A stretch of 64,000 nucleotides of DNA from Spirochaetaceae bacterium (GCA_051531975.1 JAOPTT010000009.1:320001-384000); one strand, 5' to 3'; positions 54,287 to 64,000 are shown, counted from the stretch's first letter. Program-made: numbers and translations. The notes: a model not told the origin generated them from the letters alone.

Positions 54287-55198
54287 ATGAAAAGAATTAT
54301 TACACTATTGGTTATTACTTTATTATCAATTAGCTCAATTATATCTATTGATCAGAAGCAGTTTGACAGGTTAGATGAACTTTTTAAACTAGATATGGAT
54401 AAAGATGGTTATGCTCTTGTTAAGCAGACTCTTCCAAAAGCTAAAACAGATTTAGAAAAAGCTGAAGTTTTATGGCGGTATTCTCAGTTTACCCACGAGA
54501 TGGCAACTATCATTAAAAAAGAAGGTGCAGATAAAAATATTGTTTTGGATAAATTCATGGAGGGGCATAAGCTTGCCACAGATTCTATAAAATTAAATCC
54601 AAAATCTCCTTGGGGATACTATTGGAGAGCTGCAAACATTGGTAGTTGGGGTAGTACTAAGGGAATAATAGATTCTGTTGGAAAAATAGGTGAAATGAAA
54701 GATGACTTAGCTATAGCCGTGGAAATTGATCCTAAACATGGAGATTCATGGTCAGTATTAGCTCTGTTATCCGCGGATGTTCCTGGAGTTCTTGGTGGAA
54801 GCATGGATAGAGCTGTAAGTTTAGATAGAAAAGCAGCCAGTGTTTGGAATGGGAAAGATGATCTTCCTATTGAGTGGTTTACAGAAATGGCTAACCACAT
54901 GTATAAACGTGATTGGAGTGTTAAAAAGAGAAACTCATCACTATCTAAGAAGTCAAAAAAGTTTAAAAAAGAGAAGTCTTTGGTTGATAAAAATGAATAT
55001 TATGAGGGCACGTTAGATTTCTCTAAAAAAGCACTTTATACGGATACCCCATTAAACAAGTTATCGGATAAAGAAGAGTCTAAACAGGTATATATATGGA
55101 TGGTGAAACAATTAGAAAAAATACCAAATAGATCTAAGTATCTAACTAAACGGCTAGAGGGTTTTAAAAACACCATAAAAGATAGGGATTGGACATAA
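54287..55198 (+). CDS. Exported TPR-like helical repeat protein
   Basis: Signal peptide; TPR-like 'SIKLNPKSPWGYYWRA', 'AVEIDPKHGDSW..LA', 'VPGVLGGS'. Confidence 0.7.
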   Translation: MKRIITLLVITLLSISSIISIDQKQFDRLDELFKLDMDKDGYALVKQTLPKAKTDLEKAEVLWRYSQFTHEMATIIKKEGADKNIVLDKFMEGHKLATDSIKLNPKSPWGYYWRAANIGSWGSTKGIIDSVGKIGEMKDDLAIAVEIDPKHGDSWSVLALLSADVPGVLGGSMDRAVSLDRKAASVWNGKDDLPIEWFTEMANHMYKRDWSVKKRNSSLSKKSKKFKKEKSLVDKNEYYEGTLDFSKKALYTDTPLNKLSDKEESKQVYIWMVKQLEKIPNRSKYLTKRLEGFKNTIKDRDWT

Positions 55199-55206
55199 CT
55201 ATTTCG

Positions 55207-55246
55207 ACTGCCCTTAAGGTTTTATAAAGAGCATCCTGTAGGGCAG
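55207..55246. terminator. Stem-loop between convergent genes
   Basis: ACTGCCCT…AGGGCAGT. Confidence 0.45.
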
Positions 55247-55250
55247 TTTA

Positions 55251-55910
55251 TTATATTGTTAAAGAACGGCGAATGAATAACATTATTTCTTTAATTAGAT
55301 CATCCTTATCTGGGTTCTGATTATTTAGAAATATATTCATTCTTTTTTTATAATAATCCGAGGTAAATGAAAACTGACACATCACTATTAGATTATCAAT
55401 ACAAAATGCAGAAGTATTTATGTCTAAACTAGAGTCTAATTGTCCCCGTTCGACTGCTTTTCGCAAAATGGTATGGTAATTAAAGGAGGTCATATCCTCT
55501 AGTTGGTGGGATAATCGATCTGCTAGATGGCTCATGCCCTGTGTCGTTAAGTCCAGGTAAAGTTGGTTCATTTCTTGATGATTTTGAGCGTATTTTTTTG
55601 CAACATTCAAAATATCTTCGAAAATTTGAAATATATCGACTTGGTCTAAATCTACTTCTGCTAAAGCAGCCTGTAAAATTTCATGGCCGTAATTTATTAC
55701 AGTTAGGTATAGATCGTCCTTGGATTCAAAATACGAATACATGGAACCAATACTAATTCCAGCTTCTGTAGCTATATTATTAATGTTGGTATATCGAAAA
55801 CCATATTTAGCAAAATTTGAGATTGCAGCATCAAGAACTTTCTGTTTTCTATCTGGATTTATTTTTGAGAATGTTGGTTTATTAAACAAGTTTTCTGTTG
55901 ATTCGGGCAT
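55251..55910 (-). CDS. TetR/AcrR-family regulator
   Basis: 'AAISNFAKYGF..TNINNIA..AGISIGSMYSYFESKDDLY'. Confidence 0.93.
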   Translation of the reverse strand: MPESTENLFNKPTFSKINPDRKQKVLDAAISNFAKYGFRYTNINNIATEAGISIGSMYSYFESKDDLYLTVINYGHEILQAALAEVDLDQVDIFQIFEDILNVAKKYAQNHQEMNQLYLDLTTQGMSHLADRLSHQLEDMTSFNYHTILRKAVERGQLDSSLDINTSAFCIDNLIVMCQFSFTSDYYKKRMNIFLNNQNPDKDDLIKEIMLFIRRSLTI

Positions 55911-56188
55911 AGGTTTATTTTAGCCTAACCAATAATAGTTTACAACAAAATTATACAATTAGAATCTTGTGACTTCATGTCCTAAGCTGTAATTGAAGTT
56001 AAATAAGTTGGTGAATAAGTATTTTAAAACTGAAGAATATTGGAGGAGAACTATAAAACTCATAATTAAATAGATTAATTATGCATTGTAGACCCATTAT
56101 CATATTGCGGTATATGGGTTATCGTATTACAATAACCCTAGTCGGATATAGAATGCATGTTCGTAAATACGATTAGGCAGGGAGAAAC

Positions 56189-56944
56189 ATGGCAGGGAAT
56201 AGGTCAGTTAAAAGAGGAATTCAAATACTAGATTTAGTCTCAAAAAGTAAACAAGGTATAAGTTTAAAAGAGATTGTCGCTAGATTTGAGATTCCAAAAA
56301 CTAGTGGGTTTGATATTGTTAAAGAGCTAGTGGACAGTGGTATGATTGTTGAAACTAGAGGTGAAATAAACACATATACTGTTGGATTAAAAGCGTTCCA
56401 GATTGGAAATGAATATTTAAGAGAGACTGATTTAATAACAACTGCAAAACCTTACGTTATATCAATGGCAGAAACAATAAATAAAACTGCATTTATTGCT
56501 GTAATGAGCGAGGGTTTTGTTACTTATTTATATAAATATGAACCACCAACATCGATTATTACAACTTCCAATATTGGAACAAAAAACTCTATTCATTGTA
56601 CATCTTTAGGTAAAGCTATGTTATCTGGAATGTCTGATGCAGAAGTTAAAAGTCACTTGAAATATATTACTTATACAAAGATGACAGATAAAACAATTAA
56701 GAATGAAAAAGAACTACTAGAGAGCCTTAAAGTCTCTAGGGAATTAGGTTATGCAGTTGATGATAGGGAGATTGAAGATCATACCCTATGTATCGGTTCT
56801 GCAATATATGACCATACAGGTAGTGTTGTTGCAGGACTATCCGTGTCTGGATTTTACAATAAAGATCGTGACGTAGCTTTCGAGGGAAATCAGATAAAAA
56901 ATGCAGCTTTAGAAATTAGTAAAAAATTAGGATATAAGGGGTAG
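56189..56944 (+). CDS. IclR-family regulator (KdgR-like role)
   Basis: 'SVKRGIQIL', 'IPKTS', 'HCTSLGKAML', 'GYAVDDRE', 'GLSVSG'. Confidence 0.93.
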   Translation: MAGNRSVKRGIQILDLVSKSKQGISLKEIVARFEIPKTSGFDIVKELVDSGMIVETRGEINTYTVGLKAFQIGNEYLRETDLITTAKPYVISMAETINKTAFIAVMSEGFVTYLYKYEPPTSIITTSNIGTKNSIHCTSLGKAMLSGMSDAEVKSHLKYITYTKMTDKTIKNEKELLESLKVSRELGYAVDDREIEDHTLCIGSAIYDHTGSVVAGLSVSGFYNKDRDVAFEGNQIKNAALEISKKLGYKG

Positions 56945-56947
56945 AGA

Positions 56948-58771
56948 ATGGATGAAGATATTCCAATGTCATTAAAAATGGGTGCTAAATCTTTTAAAGG
57001 TATAGAAGACTTAGCTAAAGGAAATAAGATAGACGAGAAACAGATACTAGATATTTGTGACTTTATAGATAACAGACTCGATTGTGCAGATTTTAGAGTA
57101 ATTTCAATTTTAAGAACACTATATTCTTATCAGGCTCTTCTTAGTAAAGAAACTATAACTAGAATGGAAACAACAATTTTAGGGTTTAAATATTGGATGG
57201 ATGAACCTGGGGATGATTCTATGTGTTACTGGTCAGAAAATCATCAGATTCTATTTTTTACCTGTGGTTATCTAGCTGGGCAGCTTTATAAAAAGTCAAA
57301 CTTTAAAAACTCTAACCGTAGTGGACTAGAGATGATGGAAATATTTAAACCAAGAATTATTGCTTGGCTAAAACAGAGGTTTGAACATGGTTTTGTGGAG
57401 TGGCATTCTAATACATATTATGAAGAAGATATTCCTCCTTTAACATTATTAATAGACTTTGCCGATGATAAAAATATACAAGTAAAGGCTACTATGATTT
57501 TAGACCTGTTTATTGCTGATATGGCGATGCATAACTTTAAAGGTCTATTTGCAGTAACCAGTGGTCGATGTTACGAAGAACAAAAAAGAGGTCCTTTGAC
57601 TCAAGATACTTTACAAATTGCAGAGTTTCTTTTTGGACAGAGATATTCCACTGACTTTGATTATTCTAGAATCTCAGCTAATTTAATACTTTGTAAAAAC
57701 TATAAACTTCCTAGTGTTATAAAGGATATAGCTTTAGATGAGCAAGAAACTGTAATAAAAACTAGTATGGGCCATGATTTAGCTGAACTTAAAGATATTA
57801 GAAAAGAGAAAGGGGTTGAGACTGGGAGTTACCTTCAGTGGGCTATGGAAAGTTTTACAAACCCTGAAATAATACAAAACACTCTAAAAATGTATAGAAA
57901 ATATAATATGAAGAGTAATATCTTTTTAAAAGATCTTGGGATGTTGGATATGAAGATATTAGGCCCTCTTTTACCTACAATATCTAGAGTTTTAAATCCG
58001 ATGTTAGACGGTGTTGCTATTCAGAAAGTAAACTCTTATACGTATAAAAACAGAGATTTTATACTTTCTACAGCACAAAACCACTATCCAGGAACTTTTG
58101 GTGACCAGCAACATATCTGGCAAGCTACTATAAATGAAAAAATTACAATTTTTACTACCCACCCTGGGATTGCTGCATTTGATGATAATGCAAGAAGTTT
58201 TTCTCCATCCTATTGGGTTGGAAACGCTAAAATGCCCCACAGTATTCAACATGAAAATATAAATATGTCTATCTATAAAGTTGATCAAAGAAAAGGGTTT
58301 ATGGAAAAAGAGAGACAACATTTTACCCATGCTCATTTCCCTACTGGGGAATTTGATAAGTTTGTAATAGAGGATAACTATATTTTTGGAACTGTTGACA
58401 ATGTTAAAGTTGCATTAATTGGTAAAGAAAAATTGTCAATAAACCCGGAAGATCCATCAGATATATTACAACACGGTAAAGTTACATACTGGATATGTGA
58501 GCTTTCAAATAGTGTTGAAACTTTTGAGGAGTTTATGTTAAGGATAAAATCCATTGATATTAAGTTTAATAATCTAAAGCTTAGTTATAAGGATTTAGAA
58601 TTAACATGGAAAGGGGACTTTAAGGTTAATAACAAAGTTATAGATACAAATTACAATCGTGTTGAGTCTATTTATGGAAATTCAAAACGGTGTGATCAAG
58701 ATATTGAAATTGCTTTTAATGGTAAAAAACTACTATTGAATTTTAATAAAAACAACCGGGTTGAACTATGA
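56948..58771 (+). CDS. Uncharacterised cytoplasmic protein, candidate oligosaccharide lyase (heparinase II/III-like architecture)
   Basis: 607 aa; helical N-half with 'WSENHQI', 'EWHSNTYY', 'GRCYE'; beta-rich C-half with 'GDQQHIW', 'PSYWVGN'; within a GH105-kdu operon. Confidence 0.5.
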   Translation: MDEDIPMSLKMGAKSFKGIEDLAKGNKIDEKQILDICDFIDNRLDCADFRVISILRTLYSYQALLSKETITRMETTILGFKYWMDEPGDDSMCYWSENHQILFFTCGYLAGQLYKKSNFKNSNRSGLEMMEIFKPRIIAWLKQRFEHGFVEWHSNTYYEEDIPPLTLLIDFADDKNIQVKATMILDLFIADMAMHNFKGLFAVTSGRCYEEQKRGPLTQDTLQIAEFLFGQRYSTDFDYSRISANLILCKNYKLPSVIKDIALDEQETVIKTSMGHDLAELKDIRKEKGVETGSYLQWAMESFTNPEIIQNTLKMYRKYNMKSNIFLKDLGMLDMKILGPLLPTISRVLNPMLDGVAIQKVNSYTYKNRDFILSTAQNHYPGTFGDQQHIWQATINEKITIFTTHPGIAAFDDNARSFSPSYWVGNAKMPHSIQHENINMSIYKVDQRKGFMEKERQHFTHAHFPTGEFDKFVIEDNYIFGTVDNVKVALIGKEKLSINPEDPSDILQHGKVTYWICELSNSVETFEEFMLRIKSIDIKFNNLKLSYKDLELTWKGDFKVNNKVIDTNYNRVESIYGNSKRCDQDIEIAFNGKKLLLNFNKNNRVEL

Positions 58772-60459
58772 GCCCTATAGGAAATACTATGAAAAAATTG
58801 AAGTTTAAAGAGATGGCAACATTTGCCTCAGGAGATCTTTTTGGTGGGGGAGCACAATTAATAATTGGTTTCTTCTATTTAAGGTTTTTAACAGATGTAG
58901 TAAGAATTAATCCAATTCTTGCAGGTACTGTTATTCTACTTTCTAAAGTTTGGGATGCAATAAGTGACCCACTGATGGGGAGTATTACTGATAATACAAG
59001 ATCAAAATATGGCCGTAGAAGACCATATCTATTAGCAGGTTTTTTCCTAATTGTTATAGCGTTTACCTTATTGTGGTACTCTCCAAACCTAGCGTCCCAG
59101 GGTTCGAAATTTGCATTTGTTGTTTTTAGTTATATGTTTTACTCCACCGTTTCTACGGTTGTAATGGTTCCATATACAGCAATGTCTTCAGAAATTAGTC
59201 AGGTAGTAAAAGAACGGGATATCGTTAATGGTGCTAGACTATTTTTCTCTCAGTTATCCTCACTTTTAGGTGCTGTACTTCCTATGTTAATAGTTGGAAT
59301 GTTCTCAGAAAAACTAGGGTATGTTGCCATGGGTCTTGTCTTTGGTCTATTTTATGCCGTTCCATTTTTGGGAATCTTCTTCTGGTGTAAAGAGAGAACT
59401 CCTATTCCTAAAGAGAGAACACATTTTAGTATTAAAAAAACTCTCTCTCCTTTTAAAATTAAAACCTACAGATCTCTAATTGGAATGTATTTATCAGCAT
59501 TTTTTGTAATGGATGTTGTTAGTGCAATATTTACATACTACATGACATATCTAATAGGCCGAGAAGACTTATTAGAATTAGTACTAGGTACAATGTTATT
59601 AACACAGATTGTGGCACTAGCCTTTGTAGTTGTGTTAGCTGAAAAAATTGGAAAACCTAAAACCTTTATATTAGGTTCTATTATATTTATTATAGGAGCA
59701 TTTGCCCTTGGTTTTTACAATGTTAATTGGCATATTGCAGCAATTTTTATTATATCTGGAGTTGTTGGTTTAGGTCTTATTGGGTGTATTGTTATTCCTT
59801 GGATTATGTTTCCAGACGTAACAGATATTTCTGAACTTGCATTTGGCGAGAGACGAAGTGGAGCATTTGCTGGATTTATGACATTTATGAGAAAGTTCTC
59901 TTCGGCTATAGGTATCTGGGTTGTTGGTTTTATGCTTCAGTTTTCTGGTTATATACTACCAGGAGATGTAATAATACCTGTTGATTCTAAAGTACAGATG
60001 AATGCTGAATCTAATATCGAAATAGATATGGGTAAAGATGGCTCCACTGATATTATAATAAATATGAACAACGAGGAAGTTACATTTGTAACAGACCAAG
60101 ATATGGAATATCAATTTTCTGAGGTTGTTCTAACAATGAAAAAGAGGGGAGAACAACAGCTTGCTATTGCAATTCAGAAAGACTTAAAAGTATCTAAAGC
60201 ATATGACTTTGGAGAAACTTCTACTATGAAGTCTATAAAATCATTTAATCAACCTGCTACTTTTATTATGGGTCTTAGAATTGTTGTATTTGTTCTACCT
60301 GGACTAATGCTATTGTTAGCAATTTTTATAGCTAAAAAATATCCACTAACAAAAGATGTACATAATCGTCTACTTCACTATTTCAAAATTAAAAATGGTG
60401 AGTCAGATGACACTATTACTGAAGAAGAGATTCAAGAATTAAAAGATATATTAATCTAA
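58768..60459 (+). CDS. MFS glycoside-pentoside-hexuronide (GPH/MelB) symporter with extra loop domain
   Basis: 'WDAISDPLMG.ITD.TRSKYGRRRPY', 'PDV.D..E…GERRSG', 'YPLT'. Confidence 0.9.
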   Translation: MSPIGNTMKKLKFKEMATFASGDLFGGGAQLIIGFFYLRFLTDVVRINPILAGTVILLSKVWDAISDPLMGSITDNTRSKYGRRRPYLLAGFFLIVIAFTLLWYSPNLASQGSKFAFVVFSYMFYSTVSTVVMVPYTAMSSEISQVVKERDIVNGARLFFSQLSSLLGAVLPMLIVGMFSEKLGYVAMGLVFGLFYAVPFLGIFFWCKERTPIPKERTHFSIKKTLSPFKIKTYRSLIGMYLSAFFVMDVVSAIFTYYMTYLIGREDLLELVLGTMLLTQIVALAFVVVLAEKIGKPKTFILGSIIFIIGAFALGFYNVNWHIAAIFIISGVVGLGLIGCIVIPWIMFPDVTDISELAFGERRSGAFAGFMTFMRKFSSAIGIWVVGFMLQFSGYILPGDVIIPVDSKVQMNAESNIEIDMGKDGSTDIIINMNNEEVTFVTDQDMEYQFSEVVLTMKKRGEQQLAIAIQKDLKVSKAYDFGETSTMKSIKSFNQPATFIMGLRIVVFVLPGLMLLLAIFIAKKYPLTKDVHNRLLHYFKIKNGESDDTITEEEIQELKDILI

Positions 60460-60472
60460 GGAGATTTTAAAT

Positions 60473-61543
60473 ATGGAAAATAAGTTTGATAAAATAATTG
60501 AACTTGCAGATGCTACAACCAAGAGACTTAAATATAATAAGATTCCTTGGATGTGGGGAGAGGCTCTGTTAATGCACTCTATGGGTCTGTTAAACGAAAC
60601 TTTAGGTGAGGACAGATATACAGACTATATTCAAAACTACGCTGACTACCACATAAACAAAGGGTGCAGAATAGATCAGTCTGATACGTTAGCACCAACT
60701 CTGGCTACTTACTATTTACAAAAAAAGTACCCAGAAATGGATTATAAAAAGACTACAGATCGAGGTCTGGATTACATTAAAAACTCAGAGAAGATTATTC
60801 ATAATATGCCTAACCACCTAGGCCACTCTCTAGAGGGTAAATTATATCCTAAAAGTATCTGGGTTGACTCAATAATGATGTACGGAGTTTTTACAAGTCT
60901 GTATGCAAAAGAGCAAAATGACGAGTGGTTAATGGACTTTGCTAAAACTCAGCCAGCCTTTTTTAGAAAATACCTCCAGGACTCTGATGATAAACTATTT
61001 GTTCATTGTTATTGGACTAAAAGCGAAAAACAGTACCCAAATAAGCTTTATTGGGGCCGAGGTAACGGTTGGGTAATTGGTGCAATGCCAATGTTAATTG
61101 GTAATTTACCAGATGGACCGGAAAAAGAAGAGTGTAAAGAGATTGTAAGAGAAGTAAGTGAGGCTATTTTACAATATCAGAGACCCGATGGTTATTTTGA
61201 GTCTGTATTAAATAGGCCTGGAACTACCTTAAAAGAGAGTAGCGCAACTTCATTAATAGCTGCTGGATGGTTAAGAGCAGTTAGGGAAGGTTACTTAGAT
61301 AAAAAATTCCAAGAGCCAGCTTTAAAAGCATTTAATGCTGTAGTGGACGACTTAATAATTAAAGATGGAATGTTAAGTATGCAGCACATAAGTGCACCAA
61401 CAATTGCAATGCAATTAATCCCTGAGTTAGGGTATAAATTACAATATAAGATGCAAAAATCAGAGGACTGGTCCTACGGGTTAGCCGCACTATTTTTTGC
61501 AGGTATTGAGTATAAGAAGACAATAGAATTAAAGGAAGAGTAA
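60473..61543 (+). CDS. Unsaturated glycuronyl hydrolase (GH105/GH88-like)
   Basis: 'WMWGEA', 'IWVDSIMM', 'YWGRGNGW', 'YQRPDG', 'ESSATS'. Confidence 0.85.
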   Translation: MENKFDKIIELADATTKRLKYNKIPWMWGEALLMHSMGLLNETLGEDRYTDYIQNYADYHINKGCRIDQSDTLAPTLATYYLQKKYPEMDYKKTTDRGLDYIKNSEKIIHNMPNHLGHSLEGKLYPKSIWVDSIMMYGVFTSLYAKEQNDEWLMDFAKTQPAFFRKYLQDSDDKLFVHCYWTKSEKQYPNKLYWGRGNGWVIGAMPMLIGNLPDGPEKEECKEIVREVSEAILQYQRPDGYFESVLNRPGTTLKESSATSLIAAGWLRAVREGYLDKKFQEPALKAFNAVVDDLIIKDGMLSMQHISAPTIAMQLIPELGYKLQYKMQKSEDWSYGLAALFFAGIEYKKTIELKEE

Positions 61544-61547
61544 CATT

Positions 61548-62384
61548 ATGAAATTAGACACAAGGTATTCGAATCATCCAACTGATTCAAAACATTACAC
61601 AACTGACCAGTTAAGAGAGCACTACTTAATAGAGAGTGTATTTGCAAAAGATGAAGTACTTTTTACATACTCACATTACGATAGAATTATAGCTGGTGGT
61701 GTTATGCCAGTAGAAAAGACATTAGAGTTAGCAGCTTCAAGCGAGCTAGGTGTTGAATTCTTCTTAGAAAGAAGAGAAATGGGTGTTATTAATGTTGGTG
61801 GAGCTGGATCTTTAGAATTAGACGGAAAAGTTTATGATATTGCACCAAGAGATGGAATGTATGTTGGAATGGGTGTTAAAAGTGTAAAATTCACTTCTAA
61901 CGATCCTAAAAACCCAGCAAAATTCTACATTAACTCTTGCCCAGCCCACGAAAGTTTTCCAACAGTAGAAATAAAGTTTGAAAAAGCAAACCCTGTACAT
62001 TTAGGAGAGCAAGCAAACTTAAATAAAAGAACTATATATCAATATGTTCACCCTGCAGTATGTCAATCTTGTCAGTTAGTTATGGGAATGACTCTACTAG
62101 CAGAAAATAACGTTTGGAATACAATGCCTTGTCATACCCACGAAAGAAGAATGGAAGTTTATTACTACTTCGACATGAAGGAAGATACAAGAATATTCCA
62201 CATGATGGGTGAACCAACAGAGACAAGACACATTGTAATGAAAAACGACCAAGCAGTTATATCCCCAAGTTGGTCAATTCACTCAGGTGTTGGAACAAGT
62301 AACTACACATTTATTTGGGGAATGTGTGGAGAGAATAAAACATTTACAGACATGGACCACGTAGCCATGGAAACATTAAAATAA
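61548..62384 (+). CDS. kduI: 5-dehydro-4-deoxy-D-glucuronate isomerase
   Basis: 'YSHYDR', 'FLERREMG', 'CQLVMG', 'WNTMPCHTHERRMEVY', 'SPSWSIHSG'. Confidence 0.97.
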   Translation: MKLDTRYSNHPTDSKHYTTDQLREHYLIESVFAKDEVLFTYSHYDRIIAGGVMPVEKTLELAASSELGVEFFLERREMGVINVGGAGSLELDGKVYDIAPRDGMYVGMGVKSVKFTSNDPKNPAKFYINSCPAHESFPTVEIKFEKANPVHLGEQANLNKRTIYQYVHPAVCQSCQLVMGMTLLAENNVWNTMPCHTHERRMEVYYYFDMKEDTRIFHMMGEPTETRHIVMKNDQAVISPSWSIHSGVGTSNYTFIWGMCGENKTFTDMDHVAMETLK

Positions 62385-62443
62385 TAGGAGTTTGTTATGA
62401 TAAAAGATAATGACCTCCTTAATTTCATTATAGGAGAAACAAT

Positions 62444-63208
62444 ATGTTAGATAAATTTAGTTTAGAAGGTAAAGTTGCAGTTGTAACAGGAGCATCCCAG
62501 GGGTTAGGTCAGGGAATGGCATTAGGTTTAGCAAAATCTGGAGCAGATATTGTTGGTGTTGGAATTGGTATTATGGACGAAACTAAAGCTTTAATTGAAG
62601 CTGCAGGTAAAAAGTTCATTGGTGTTAAAGCTGACCTGATTAATTGTAGTGTAGAGAGTTTAACTGATGTAATACAGGAGGGTGTTAAAGCTTTTGGTAA
62701 GGTTGATATTTTAGTTAACAATGCTGGTATTATTAGAAGAGAAGACTCTATTAACTTTTCTGAGAAAGACTGGGATGATGTTATGAACATTAACGTTAAA
62801 AATGTATTTTTTATGGGTCAAGCTTTTGCAAGACAGGTAATAGCACAAAAAACTCCTGGTAAAATTATTAACATAGCTTCTATGTTAAGTTTCCAGGGTG
62901 GTATTAGAGTTCCATCTTACACAGCTTCAAAGTCTGGTATTAAAGGTATTACTATGACTATGGCTAACGAATGGGGTAAGTTTGGTATTAATGTAAATGC
63001 AATTGCACCTGGTTACATGGCTACTGCAAATACAAAAGACTTAAGAGCTGATCCTGTTAGAAGTAAAGAAATTTTAGACAGAATTCCAGCAGACAGATGG
63101 GGTACTCCAGAAGATGTAGCTGGTCCTTGTGTTTTCTTAGCAGGAAATAACTCAGACTATATTAACGGTTATACAATTGCTGTTGATGGTGGATGGTTAA
63201 GTAGATAA
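62444..63208 (+). CDS. kduD: 2-dehydro-3-deoxy-D-gluconate 5-dehydrogenase
   Basis: SDR 'TGASQGLG', 'NNAGIIRR', 'IASMLSFQGGIRVPSYTASK', 'VDGGWL'. Confidence 0.96.
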   Translation: MLDKFSLEGKVAVVTGASQGLGQGMALGLAKSGADIVGVGIGIMDETKALIEAAGKKFIGVKADLINCSVESLTDVIQEGVKAFGKVDILVNNAGIIRREDSINFSEKDWDDVMNINVKNVFFMGQAFARQVIAQKTPGKIINIASMLSFQGGIRVPSYTASKSGIKGITMTMANEWGKFGINVNAIAPGYMATANTKDLRADPVRSKEILDRIPADRWGTPEDVAGPCVFLAGNNSDYINGYTIAVDGGWLSR

Positions 63209-63975
63209 TGAAAAATTTAGGTGTACAAACATTTACAATTAGAGAGCTAATTAAAACACCTGAAACATTAAGAAAAACTTTTACAGAGTTAGTTCAAATC
63301 GGATATAAACGGTTTGAGCTAGCCCGTATGAAATATGACCAAGCTGAACTAGATGTACTAAAGGATCTGCAAAAAGAGTTCGGCTTGGAATATGTAACAT
63401 GCCAGATAAAGTATAAGGTTATTCTTAAACGTTTTGACTGGCTTATGAAGTTTTCTAAAGAGCTTAACATTCCAACTTTAGAGGTTTCTGTAATTCCTAT
63501 GGATGCTTTCTTAAAAAAAGAGAAGGGTATGTTAGAACTTTCTAAAAAGCTAAATGATCTAGGGAAAAGAACCCAAGAGCATGGTGTAAATCTGCTATAT
63601 CATCATCATAACTTTGAACTTATCCCTATGGGGAGTAAAATAGGTTTTGACCATTTAGTAGACAATACAGATCCTAAATTAGTTAACTTTGTTATAGATA
63701 CATATTGGTTAGCTAGATCAGGTTTTGATCCTAACTGCTTTATAGACAGATATATTAGCAGGGTTACAGGTGTTCATTTACGTGATTGTGAATTTATTTC
63801 TAGTGGCTTTGGTTTTGGTTTTAAAGATCAAAAAATTGGTGCTGGTTCAATAAACTTTGAACCATTTAAAGAGGATAAATACAAAGACATAAACTTCTTT
63901 TCTGTGGAGCAAGCAACGTCTGATCCTATGGCTGACTTAAAGTTTAGCTATAATAACTTAATGAAAAATAGTTAA
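63208..63975 (+). CDS. Sugar-phosphate isomerase/epimerase (xylose-isomerase-like TIM barrel)
   Basis: 'LGVQTFTIRE', 'YHHHNFE', 'IDTYW', 'HLRD', 'VEQ'. Confidence 0.82.
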   Translation: MKNLGVQTFTIRELIKTPETLRKTFTELVQIGYKRFELARMKYDQAELDVLKDLQKEFGLEYVTCQIKYKVILKRFDWLMKFSKELNIPTLEVSVIPMDAFLKKEKGMLELSKKLNDLGKRTQEHGVNLLYHHHNFELIPMGSKIGFDHLVDNTDPKLVNFVIDTYWLARSGFDPNCFIDRYISRVTGVHLRDCEFISSGFGFGFKDQKIGAGSINFEPFKEDKYKDINFFSVEQATSDPMADLKFSYNNLMKNS

Positions 63976-64000
63976 AACATAAGCCAGAATAGACGCTGGC

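Overview
AT-rich bacterial chromosome segment, probably from a free-living Spirochaetaceae member. This is inferred from substrate-binding proteins starting 'FAxG/SxKE', a spirochaete-type short SSB and an outer-membrane beta-barrel protein. The window is dominated by carbohydrate utilisation. (1) 1-8.9 kb: an Lpl-type oligosaccharide ABC locus with a YesS-like AraC regulator and two poorly characterised glycosidase-like proteins. (2) 9-15.7 kb: an accessory patch with an M23-peptidase/SSB chimera, a divergent purA with LysR, EamA/AraC and an OMP. (3) 15.7-46.3 kb: a ~30 kb arabinan/L-arabinose supercluster (GH127/146, two GH43, GH51, araBDA-tkt, araM, three different sugar ABC importers, LacI and ArsR-like regulators with visible operators). 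(4) 46-56 kb: housekeeping genes (proS, CNNM/CorC, GH20, Na+-PPase, TetR). (5) 56-64 kb: an IclR-led unsaturated-uronate (GH105-kduI-kduD) operon with a candidate lyase. The most striking element is a soluble histidine kinase whose sensor is a degenerate sugar-ABC ATPase domain (ABC-PAS-HisKA-HATPase). It is paired with a sigma54 response regulator and lies divergently from a sigma54-promoter-driven ytfQRT-yjfF ABC transporter, making it a candidate transporter-docking (flux-sensing) two-component system. No rRNA, tRNA, CRISPR array or transposase was recognised.
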